Source: Euryarchaeota archaeon TMED117 (GTDB lineage Archaea; Thermoplasmatota; Poseidoniia; Poseidoniales; Poseidoniaceae). Taken from it: 37,519 nucleotides of DNA. This document shows, piece by piece, positions 27,867 through 35,680 of the stretch. The number at the start of each line of letters is the position of its first letter. Within the stretch, counting starts at the first letter, position 1. The stretch lies in contig NHFS02000036.1 in the NCBI GenBank assembly GCA_002171315.2, positions 1 to 37,519 on the forward strand, in the 5' to 3' direction. The translations under genes were made by a program, and so were the position numbers. The notes beneath the pieces were generated by a model. That model had not been told where the DNA came from, ran no database searches, and was given only the letters and a program-made list of their open reading frames with translations.

Positions 27867-29288
27867 ATGGAAGATTGGGTTTCTCTAGGATATTTATTAT
27901 CTGCCGCACTTTTCATTTTTGGTTTGAAAAAACTTGGTCATCCAAGAACTGCTCCCTTTGGAAATCAACTTGGAGCACTCGGTATGCTCGTTGCAGTTCT
28001 CACTACAATCCTTAGTATGGAATTGGCAGGGGATGCTGAATGGGTTCTGATTGGAGTAGGTGTAGCACTTGGCTCCCTTATCGGCTACATCATGGCTGTA
28101 CGTGTTCAGATGACAGGGATGCCTGAACTTGTTGCACTGTTCAATGGATTTGGTGGTGCAGCATCTGCACTTGTTGCTTTGTCTGAAGTTTGGAGGTATA
28201 TGGAGGATTCATCGAACATACCCACTGGAAATCTAGAGATCACCGTCATCATGGTCGCTGCTGGTCTATCGGCACTCGTTGGTTGGATGACTCTCACGGG
28301 ATCACTTCTGGCAATGTACAAACTCAAAGGCGGAGTAAGCGTCTTTGGCAAGTGGATTAAGACACCTACATGGGGACCTCCATGGCTAAATCCAGTCAAG
28401 GTTCTTCTTGTGATAGCCGTAGCAGTACTGATTTACCTAAGCATCGATGAACCAACGAACACCACGTATCTATGGAGCATTATTGGAATCTCCTGTTTGT
28501 TAGGTCTTGTTCTGGTGTTACCAATCGGTGGAGCAGACATGCCAGTTGTTGTATCGTTACTCAACTCATTATCTGGTATCGCAGCAGCATTTACTGGATT
28601 TATTATCGGGAATTCAGCGCTTATCATCGCAGGTTCCCTTGTTGGAGCATCTGGTCTAATTCTAACATTCATTATGTGCAAAGCAATGAATCGTACCCTT
28701 GCTGATGTCTTGTTCAAATCATTTGGAGGAACTGGTGAAAAGGAATCATTGACTCGAACAAAGGTTGGTTCAGATCCTGATGAAGTTGCAATGATGATCG
28801 ATGGTGCACAAAAAGTCATCATCGTCCCAGGTTACGGAATGGCCGTATCCCAATGTCAACACCAAGTCAAAGAATTTGCAGATTTGATTTCAGAGAAGTT
28901 CGATACGGAAGTCAAGTATGCGATTCATCCTGTAGCAGGCCGCATGCCTGGCCACATGAATGTCCTTCTTGCAGAGGCTAATGTTCCATATGAACAGCTC
29001 ATTGAAATGGATGAAATAAACTCAGAATTCCCAGAATGCGATGTTGCAATTGTTATCGGAGCGAACGATACAACGAATCCTGCTGCTCGAAGCGGCGAAG
29101 GTCCACTTGCAGGAATGCCAATTATCGATGCAGATGCTGCACGTACTGTCGTCATCATCAAGCGTTCACTCTCCGTAGGCTATGCAGGTGTCGATAATGA
29201 CCTCTTTTACATGGACAAAACAATGATGCTCTTTGGTGATGGAAAGGCCATGATGACCGGTTTGAACAATGCGATAAAAGAAATCTAA
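27867..29288 (+). CDS. pntB: NAD(P) transhydrogenase subunit beta (dII-b plus dIII)
   Basis: YLLSAALFIFGLKKLGHPRTA, VPGYGMAVSQCQH, YAIHPVAGRMPGHMNVLLAEANVPY and VIGANDTTNPAA. ATG 27867 lies 1 nt after the pntAB stop. Confidence 0.93.
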   Translation: MEDWVSLGYLLSAALFIFGLKKLGHPRTAPFGNQLGALGMLVAVLTTILSMELAGDAEWVLIGVGVALGSLIGYIMAVRVQMTGMPELVALFNGFGGAASALVALSEVWRYMEDSSNIPTGNLEITVIMVAAGLSALVGWMTLTGSLLAMYKLKGGVSVFGKWIKTPTWGPPWLNPVKVLLVIAVAVLIYLSIDEPTNTTYLWSIIGISCLLGLVLVLPIGGADMPVVVSLLNSLSGIAAAFTGFIIGNSALIIAGSLVGASGLILTFIMCKAMNRTLADVLFKSFGGTGEKESLTRTKVGSDPDEVAMMIDGAQKVIIVPGYGMAVSQCQHQVKEFADLISEKFDTEVKYAIHPVAGRMPGHMNVLLAEANVPYEQLIEMDEINSEFPECDVAIVIGANDTTNPAARSGEGPLAGMPIIDADAARTVVIIKRSLSVGYAGVDNDLFYMDKTMMLFGDGKAMMTGLNNAIKEI

Positions 29289-29353
29289 TTTACTGGTGTA
29301 TAAGGAACGTTGAAAGGTCTCTTAGGGATGGCATTAACATTGGAGGAAGGCTC

Positions 29354-30319
29354 ATGCGTTCACGAACTCTACTAATTCTTCTTTTGGCTGTCTGTCTTAT
29401 TGCACCAGTCATTGCAAATCCCAATGGACCACCTTGGGAAAATAGCCAGGGAGATTTAACAGTTGAAGGCGGTTGTACTTGTCACGGAGTTGGAGGACCT
29501 GTCAATGGTCAACCTTCAACCGAAGTTGTTGTATCAATTTCTGGCATCCCTCGTTCCTATGATCTTGGTGTTTCATACGACTTTACAATCAACCTTCAAC
29601 ATGCATCTTATGATGAAGGTGGCTTCATGTTGTGGAGTTACGGTGTCGGAACACTAACCGCAGGCGAAGGACAACAACAAGTCCCTGAAGAACCAACAGC
29701 TGTTTCTCATTCAGAAGTCGGTAATGGATGGATTGTATCTTGGACTGCACCTAACGAAGACGTCGGAGAGGTATCGTTTACGCTCGTCGGTAATGCTGTC
29801 GATGGCCAAAATGGTGCTAATGAAGGTGACAAATGGAATATCCTATCATTCTTCATATCCGCTCCTGATTCAACAACAAATGATGATGAAGAAGGTTTAG
29901 CACTACGTACGATTAGCGTTGGAGACTTTGAATCACTGTTTGTTGCAGACATTGATCCCGCTGTTGTTGAGGCAGAACGGCAAGAAGGTATCGCAGATGA
30001 CTTTTTCACCAACGGAAATATCTTCTACTGGTCAACACTTGCAATTATCTTAGTTGGTGCTGTTGTTCAAGGGGAATTCTATGAACGTCGATTTGGAGGA
30101 GGTCCTAAACACCTCGATATGCGACTTGCTCTGCCACAAGGTATCAGAAGAGGTATCCTCGGTCTAGGCTTACTCCTAGCCTTTGGATGGGCAGTTGATA
30201 ATTCACAACCATGGGGCTACAGTTTCCTTCTCGGAATATGCACACTATGGGCAATGTTTGGTGTTTATCGAACAATTGTTCAAGCTAGGGCAGAACCGAA
30301 TCCAGAAGATCTAGTGTGA
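29354..30319 (+). CDS. Exported membrane protein: signal peptide, beta-rich reeler/DOMON-like ectodomain, three C-terminal TM helices
   Basis: GGAGG RBS and signal peptide MRSRTLLILLLAVCLIAPVIA. The ectodomain carries GGCTCHG ... GGFMLW ... VSHSE..NGWIVSWTAP...VSFTLVGNAVDG. TMs are FYWSTLAIILVGAVV, GILGLGLLLAFGWAV and FLLGICTLWAMFGVY. The domain assignment rests on remembered patterns only. Confidence 0.6.
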   Translation: MRSRTLLILLLAVCLIAPVIANPNGPPWENSQGDLTVEGGCTCHGVGGPVNGQPSTEVVVSISGIPRSYDLGVSYDFTINLQHASYDEGGFMLWSYGVGTLTAGEGQQQVPEEPTAVSHSEVGNGWIVSWTAPNEDVGEVSFTLVGNAVDGQNGANEGDKWNILSFFISAPDSTTNDDEEGLALRTISVGDFESLFVADIDPAVVEAERQEGIADDFFTNGNIFYWSTLAIILVGAVVQGEFYERRFGGGPKHLDMRLALPQGIRRGILGLGLLLAFGWAVDNSQPWGYSFLLGICTLWAMFGVYRTIVQARAEPNPEDLV

Positions 30320-30329
30320 GGTTGATTCA

Positions 30330-31436
30330 TTGAAAACCCAAAGTGGTTTACAACTTGAAAATGACCAGAAGTTAACAGTTCAAGAGCATCTGAATTTGTT
30401 AACTCAACAAGGTACTCTTGCGTTTGTACTCATCATCACCTTAACTGGATTATTTATGACTCAGGTTGATGAACTCTTACAATGGCTCCTCGATCGTATG
30501 AATCCTTGTGCAACAAATGATTGCCTTACATTGTATGAACCTGCATCATGGAGCGTAGTCAGGTGGCTTTCTGCAGTATTTCTTGCGGTCATATGCACAC
30601 TTCCATTGATCATACGTTCATTTTACAAATTTGCACAACCAGGTCTAACAAAAAATGAAAAAATTATGTTCCGTAAATGGACAATCTTTTCGCTAATTTC
30701 GATTTATTCATTGCTTGGCATTCTATTCTTCTATGCAATACCAATGCTTTATTCAATTGGGGATTCTGTACATTCAGAAGTTGGATTAACAAGCCAATAT
30801 GATGCTGTTCATATGTTCATTTTTGCACTGTCAATATTCTGGACTTGCCTCATTGGATTCATTCTTGTTTTTGCAACAATAAGTGCTGGTTCAACTGGGT
30901 TAATTACAGATTCAACACAAGATTGGTGGCGGATTCGAATACATGGAATCGGAGGACTTGTCCTACTCTTATCCCTCCCAGGAAGATGGAATGGAACCAA
31001 CATAGCCCTGATCACAACCATGATTATTATTCTAGAATATGTCATAAAGAACAATGTAAGAAAGACACATTCAATTAATTCACCGAAACCAATGTTTGAT
31101 CATGAAGGTCGAAGACGCCTACTTCTATACATCGAAATTTCAGATAAACATGAAGATTTTAAGATGCAGGATTCGCCAGAAAACACTGCATTTTTACGTT
31201 GCAATTCACTTACCGATAATATTAACGAAAGAGATATTATTGTTGATACAGTGGTAAGTTACCGAATAACTGATACAATCATAATTGGATGTGATGATTC
31301 AAAACTACCCACATCATTCCAATCAGTTATCAAATCTGCAAACTGCTCTATGTGGTTCCTTCAAGATGGAGATAATGAAAGTATTATGATGTTACAGAAA
31401 CGAATTCTTGGGCCTAACAACTCACCCAACAATTGA
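30330..31436 (+). CDS. tatC: Divergent TatC-like translocase subunit with a C-terminal extension of about 125 aa
   Basis: TTG start 7 nt after GAGGT. The sequence can be aligned by eye to E. coli TatC: VQEHLNLL (THLIELR), TLPLIIRSFYKFAQPGLTKNEKIMFRKW ([23 protein letters not shown]), six hydrophobic helices, then a soluble tail without a recognisable motif. Confidence 0.6.
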   Translation: MKTQSGLQLENDQKLTVQEHLNLLTQQGTLAFVLIITLTGLFMTQVDELLQWLLDRMNPCATNDCLTLYEPASWSVVRWLSAVFLAVICTLPLIIRSFYKFAQPGLTKNEKIMFRKWTIFSLISIYSLLGILFFYAIPMLYSIGDSVHSEVGLTSQYDAVHMFIFALSIFWTCLIGFILVFATISAGSTGLITDSTQDWWRIRIHGIGGLVLLLSLPGRWNGTNIALITTMIIILEYVIKNNVRKTHSINSPKPMFDHEGRRRLLLYIEISDKHEDFKMQDSPENTAFLRCNSLTDNINERDIIVDTVVSYRITDTIIIGCDDSKLPTSFQSVIKSANCSMWFLQDGDNESIMMLQKRILGPNNSPNN

Positions 31437-31461
31437 AACGATTCGGTATAGTACGAACTAC

Positions 31462-33519
31462 ATGGGGAGGAAGGCAAATGCGTCAGGCATCATAATTTGT
31501 CTGCTTCTCTCAGTTCTATCCTTCACATTATCTTCTAATATCAATTCCTTATTTGATATCGAAGTGGATTCTAATGTCGCGAATGAGACACCTTTGGTGG
31601 GTTTAGTGGATAATGAATCGTGGCTTGTTGTTCTTGTTGACTTTGATTCAGACCCACTCGAAAATAATCAAAAACAAGAGTTTGGTACCCTCTTAGAGGA
31701 ACAAGCACAATTGTATTTTACTGAAGCGTCTGGGCGTACAATAAATATTGAAATTGACGTTCATGATGAGATTATTCGTTCACAACGACCATTGCAATAT
31801 TATGGCAAAGACGGAGACAACGGTCGTGATTATGGAGATGGTACTGAATTTATGCCTGCCAAACTATCTGAATATGTCGTTGATAATCTGAACGTTGAAG
31901 ATTGGAGCAAGTATGATCTGAACGAGGATAAAATTGTTGACAGATTCCTAATCGTTCATTCAACACTATCTCAAGAACAAGGCGGTGGCTCAACGAGCAG
32001 GATTTGGTCTCATTTCACAACATTTCAGACTCCAATTTCGATTGATGGATATGTCATAGAGCATTACACAATGTCAAGTCTTCGACATGGTATGAATGGA
32101 ATTGGAACCATACTCCACGAAATGATGCATCAATTTGGAGCATTTGACCTCTATCCAGTCCACGATTCTGGATACAGTGGGTCTTGGAAAGGTATCGGTA
32201 TTTGGGACATTATGGCAAGTGGAAATTGGAATGGAGGGGGAGATAAGCCTTCTCTTCCTACAGGACCAACGATGGAAACTATTGGTCATAATGCAACTGT
32301 TAACCTGAACCTAGAATGGCCATCAACCACACAAAGCCCATGCATTGGCCCAGCATTTGACATACAGTCCAGAAGTGATGGTGGGGCACGAGTAAAGATA
32401 CAGATTGGACCAGAGGAATTTGTATGGTTTGAAAAAAGATCCAAAGATGGATTTGATGAGGCACTTCCTGGTGAAGGGATTTTAGTTCTCCTTGAGGATA
32501 AAACCGCAGGAGATGCCCAATATAATGCCATGAATATAGATCAAAAAAGGCCATATTTACGTGTGATTGAAGCTGACGGTAACGATGAACAACTGCAAGG
32601 AATAAATGATGGTGTTTTCGAAGATTTATTCCAGCCAGGTGATACTTTTGGAGAATTGGGAATAGAAATTCGTAATCATGATGGTGTCCTCGTTCCATGG
32701 CATGCTAATGTTTCGAATGTTGAGAATGTATGGAGAATCGAAATATATTCATTACATTGTTCGCCTTCATTTTCACTCGACTTACCCGATTATGGTTTAA
32801 CAATGCTCCAAGGCGAGGGTTTTCCAATTCAAATAACTGAATCACAAACACCAGTATCATGCATGGGTATGCTTACCGGGAGTGATGGAAGAACAATCGA
32901 TTTTTCAGTGGATACAAGTATGCAGGATAATAAAATTACAGGTGTTTTTTCTGATCAAGGTATTGTTGATTCTATCGCTACATTCAGTGGCATAATTTCA
33001 TGCGATGAATTCCCAATTAATATTCGTACGACTGTTACTACTGTCGGAACCCAGCCATTAGTCAATAAAATGCATACTGAAGAAATAATTGATCCAGTTG
33101 ATTCTTCTACCATCACAATTCCATTCATTGGAGACGGCGTAGGAAGCGGAACCTTTTCAGTAGATTTACGAGGTCCAATAACTCGTATTGGTACTATTAA
33201 TTCACCATTAACTATCACCAACGGAACGGGGTCAATCATTATTGAAATCAATCCTAATGGCTTATTGCAACCAAATATGTACGTTTTTGGAGAGGTTCTG
33301 TTGACATCATTCAATGGGGAAACATGGACAATCGATATAGAATTACAGGCAGAGTCTGAATCAAGGATCCCTATTTTAGATGATCAATCAACCATTATTG
33401 GGTCTTTTTTCGCAGTATGCTCTGTCTGGTTTGCAGTGACATTTCTAGCAGAGAAACGATCTAAGAATGAGAAAAATGAGACCATCTTGGAGCAAGAAAC
33501 AACCTTTGAATTTGATTAA
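31462..33519 (+). CDS. Membrane-anchored M6-type (immune inhibitor A-like) zinc metalloprotease
   Basis: Signal peptide or anchor MGRKANASGIIICLLLSVLSF, VVLVDFDSD, FLIVHS, and the HExxH site GTILHEMMHQFGAFDLYP. A beta-rich C-terminal half follows, then TM IIGSFFAVCSVWFAVTFLA and a basic tail. Confidence 0.75.
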   Translation: MGRKANASGIIICLLLSVLSFTLSSNINSLFDIEVDSNVANETPLVGLVDNESWLVVLVDFDSDPLENNQKQEFGTLLEEQAQLYFTEASGRTINIEIDVHDEIIRSQRPLQYYGKDGDNGRDYGDGTEFMPAKLSEYVVDNLNVEDWSKYDLNEDKIVDRFLIVHSTLSQEQGGGSTSRIWSHFTTFQTPISIDGYVIEHYTMSSLRHGMNGIGTILHEMMHQFGAFDLYPVHDSGYSGSWKGIGIWDIMASGNWNGGGDKPSLPTGPTMETIGHNATVNLNLEWPSTTQSPCIGPAFDIQSRSDGGARVKIQIGPEEFVWFEKRSKDGFDEALPGEGILVLLEDKTAGDAQYNAMNIDQKRPYLRVIEADGNDEQLQGINDGVFEDLFQPGDTFGELGIEIRNHDGVLVPWHANVSNVENVWRIEIYSLHCSPSFSLDLPDYGLTMLQGEGFPIQITESQTPVSCMGMLTGSDGRTIDFSVDTSMQDNKITGVFSDQGIVDSIATFSGIISCDEFPINIRTTVTTVGTQPLVNKMHTEEIIDPVDSSTITIPFIGDGVGSGTFSVDLRGPITRIGTINSPLTITNGTGSIIIEINPNGLLQPNMYVFGEVLLTSFNGETWTIDIELQAESESRIPILDDQSTIIGSFFAVCSVWFAVTFLAEKRSKNEKNETILEQETTFEFD

Positions 33520-34619
33520 TTTCTTTTTGGTAACCAACGTTTTATCCGAAGATAATTCCATCGATTGTCGGAATATATTGCACAAACCCATTCCTTGTGA
33601 ACACCTTCGGCAAGACGTATGGATAGACAAACGCCCTCCCAGGATGTAGAGGCATGTTGAACTGGTTGAATCAGCCAAGGAGCGTGAGATTCTTCGAGGT
33701 CTCCATCATAGACACGCCATTTACATCCAAATTTGAATCCAGGACGGACCAATAAGCCCCTGCTAAGTAAATCATCCATCAAGAGAATATCAGAATCTGA
33801 TGAAATTTTATCGTCCAGACAAGTTTGAACATATTCAAATTCCTCCCCACGTAATACACGCCCAGACATATGGTCAAATCCAATTTGGGACCAGGGCCAG
33901 TCGCCATCGTATGGAAAATATGCGCCCTTTTCTAAAACCCGTTTCTTCGCCCAACATTCCTCTACAAATTGTTGAGACTTTTCTGATAATTCAGTCCATC
34001 GTTTATTGCTGCCTTCTGGTTGAATCATATCTACACGATAACCAGTGACGTGAAGTTCGTCATCAATAACGTAAAGTTCAGCTAACACATTGTTTTTCGA
34101 TGACTGTATACACCAATCAAAGACATCGTTCCAACTAAATTCGTCATTGGTTGATGCCATCTTAACGTATGCTTGACATGGTTCTTTGAATCTATTTTGA
34201 TTATTTCCCCAACGAACGCCCCACGAAGAAAACGGTGTATCGATCTCTAAATTTTCACTAGGAACCACCATTTCTCCACCTCGGCGTCCGATATCCAGAA
34301 TCACTGCTTCATTGAGCAAATTTGGATTCCGTTCGAATTCCTTCTCAAGCCAATCCAATGATGGTAATGGAACAGAACGGTGCCAATGGCAGTACAATAC
34401 TTCAGCAGATGTTAATGAAATTGTACCGTCGGAATTCCTACGGCCAATCGCACTTTTTTCGAAAAGACGAGTTGCCAAGGGTGGTTTAAGAGTCCAGTTT
34501 TTACCGTCAAATGTCGGTCGTTGGAATGGTTTTTTTCCTGGTAGTTCTTTGACTACATCAGGACCTATTGGCCGAGTTGAACGAACGCGAGGTTTGTAAC
34601 GACGATTTTGTCGGGCCAT
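33516..34619 (-). CDS. endA: tRNA-splicing endonuclease EndA, tandem-repeat (homodimeric alpha-prime-2) type
   Basis: 367 aa, twice the single-unit size. The C-terminal catalytic unit reads LLVRPGFKFGCKWRVYDGDLEESHAPWLIQPV...IRLAEGVHKEW, with the Tyr, His and Lys positions. The N-terminus is basic. Confidence 0.88.
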   Translation of the reverse strand: MARQNRRYKPRVRSTRPIGPDVVKELPGKKPFQRPTFDGKNWTLKPPLATRLFEKSAIGRRNSDGTISLTSAEVLYCHWHRSVPLPSLDWLEKEFERNPNLLNEAVILDIGRRGGEMVVPSENLEIDTPFSSWGVRWGNNQNRFKEPCQAYVKMASTNDEFSWNDVFDWCIQSSKNNVLAELYVIDDELHVTGYRVDMIQPEGSNKRWTELSEKSQQFVEECWAKKRVLEKGAYFPYDGDWPWSQIGFDHMSGRVLRGEEFEYVQTCLDDKISSDSDILLMDDLLSRGLLVRPGFKFGCKWRVYDGDLEESHAPWLIQPVQHASTSWEGVCLSIRLAEGVHKEWVCAIYSDNRWNYLRIKRWLPKRN

Positions 34620-34711
34620 ACTGACTCGTCATGGAACACACATATTGTTTCGTCGATTGAACCGATTGTCCTAAGGACTACCACCATGACATACAACCAC
34701 GGGGGAGGAAC

Positions 34712-35668
34712 ATGGTTAGCGGCTTTCTAGGCACTCTAACAACAGAGGAACGAACTCTTCTACACTTGATGTTTCACCATCTTCCCGAAGGGGTATGGGA
34801 AGCACCTGTAGAATTAACCCAAGCCGGTATATCAGCAGCAGTTCATGTTCAAAGAAAGCATGTCCCTCGTACTCTCAAGCGGCTTGAACAACAGGATGCA
34901 ATCGATAATACAAGTCGGCATGTCCCTGGTGCCCGTCAAAAAAGGAGAGTATATTCTTTAACTCCGAAAGGTAGAGAAAGGGCAAATGCTCTACGAGATA
35001 AGATAGGAGAAACACCTGTACGATCAGACGGGAAAACCGTGTTAATCGAAGCGTTATTCAAATCCTCAATATCCCCTTTGGAGACGTTAGCGCATATTGA
35101 TGAACAACTTGTTTATCATCAAAACCCCGTACTATCGCCAGTATCTCATCCAGAAGGAGCAGCATCACTCGATGCTCAAGCAGGAGAAGCGTTGGTTCGT
35201 AGAATGTTTGCCCGTGCATGGGAAGACGGAAGGATAACCAAGGATGAACAATTATTACTCAATGAAGTAGTTGACTTTCTTGGGATGCATCCAGATCGTG
35301 TTCGCCGACTTTCTAATGAGGCTCGTAGGGAGATCAATGTGCCCCCTCCAGAGGAGATATACCTCGATATGTTGAGGCAGGCACTCGTGGATGGTACTAT
35401 TCATAGCGAAGAAGAAGCACTATTGAAGACAGTCCAAGTCGCATTTGATATCGATGATGTCGCCCATGAACGATTGTTAAATGAAGCCCGTAAGCAACCA
35501 TTCATTTCTCCAGAATTAGAATCTTATAAATCTGTACTGCGAACTGCATTATCAGATGGAATTATTACTGGAGATGAAGAAGCAATGTTGGCGACACTAC
35601 GGCAACAGACAGACATTTCAGAGCAGGATCACGCCACACTTTTGGCCGAAATACAAGATGACATTTGA
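34712..35668 (+). CDS. Winged-helix DNA-binding domain fused to three TerB-like repeats
   Basis: N-terminal LTQAGISAAVHVQRKHVPRTLKRLEQQDAI...RRVYSLTPKGRERA (wHTH). Three units of about 50 aa follow, each with a D-G-x-I-x3-E-x2-L core: WEDGRITKDEQLLLNEV, LVDGTIHSEEEALLKTV and LSDGIITGDEEAMLATL. GGGGGAGG RBS. Confidence 0.65.
   Translation: MVSGFLGTLTTEERTLLHLMFHHLPEGVWEAPVELTQAGISAAVHVQRKHVPRTLKRLEQQDAIDNTSRHVPGARQKRRVYSLTPKGRERANALRDKIGETPVRSDGKTVLIEALFKSSISPLETLAHIDEQLVYHQNPVLSPVSHPEGAASLDAQAGEALVRRMFARAWEDGRITKDEQLLLNEVVDFLGMHPDRVRRLSNEARREINVPPPEEIYLDMLRQALVDGTIHSEEEALLKTVQVAFDIDDVAHERLLNEARKQPFISPELESYKSVLRTALSDGIITGDEEAMLATLRQQTDISEQDHATLLAEIQDDI
35183..35665 (+). repeat. Three tandem protein-level repeats of about 54 aa (TerB-like) inside the wHTH protein
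   Basis: The units start at about aa 158, 214 and 268. They share hydrophobic-x2-A-(L/W)-x-D-G-x-I-x3-E-x2-(L/M)-L and a following acidic helix. Confidence 0.5.
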
Positions 35669-35680
35669 AGAGGGAAAAAT

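Noticed and set aside
29474-29485. C-T-C-H read as a c-type haem attachment site
   Set aside because: Canonical haem c attachment needs C-x-x-C-H. Only one residue separates the cysteines here, and there is no cytochrome c maturation gene nearby. I kept it only as a feature of the reeler/DOMON-like hypothesis.
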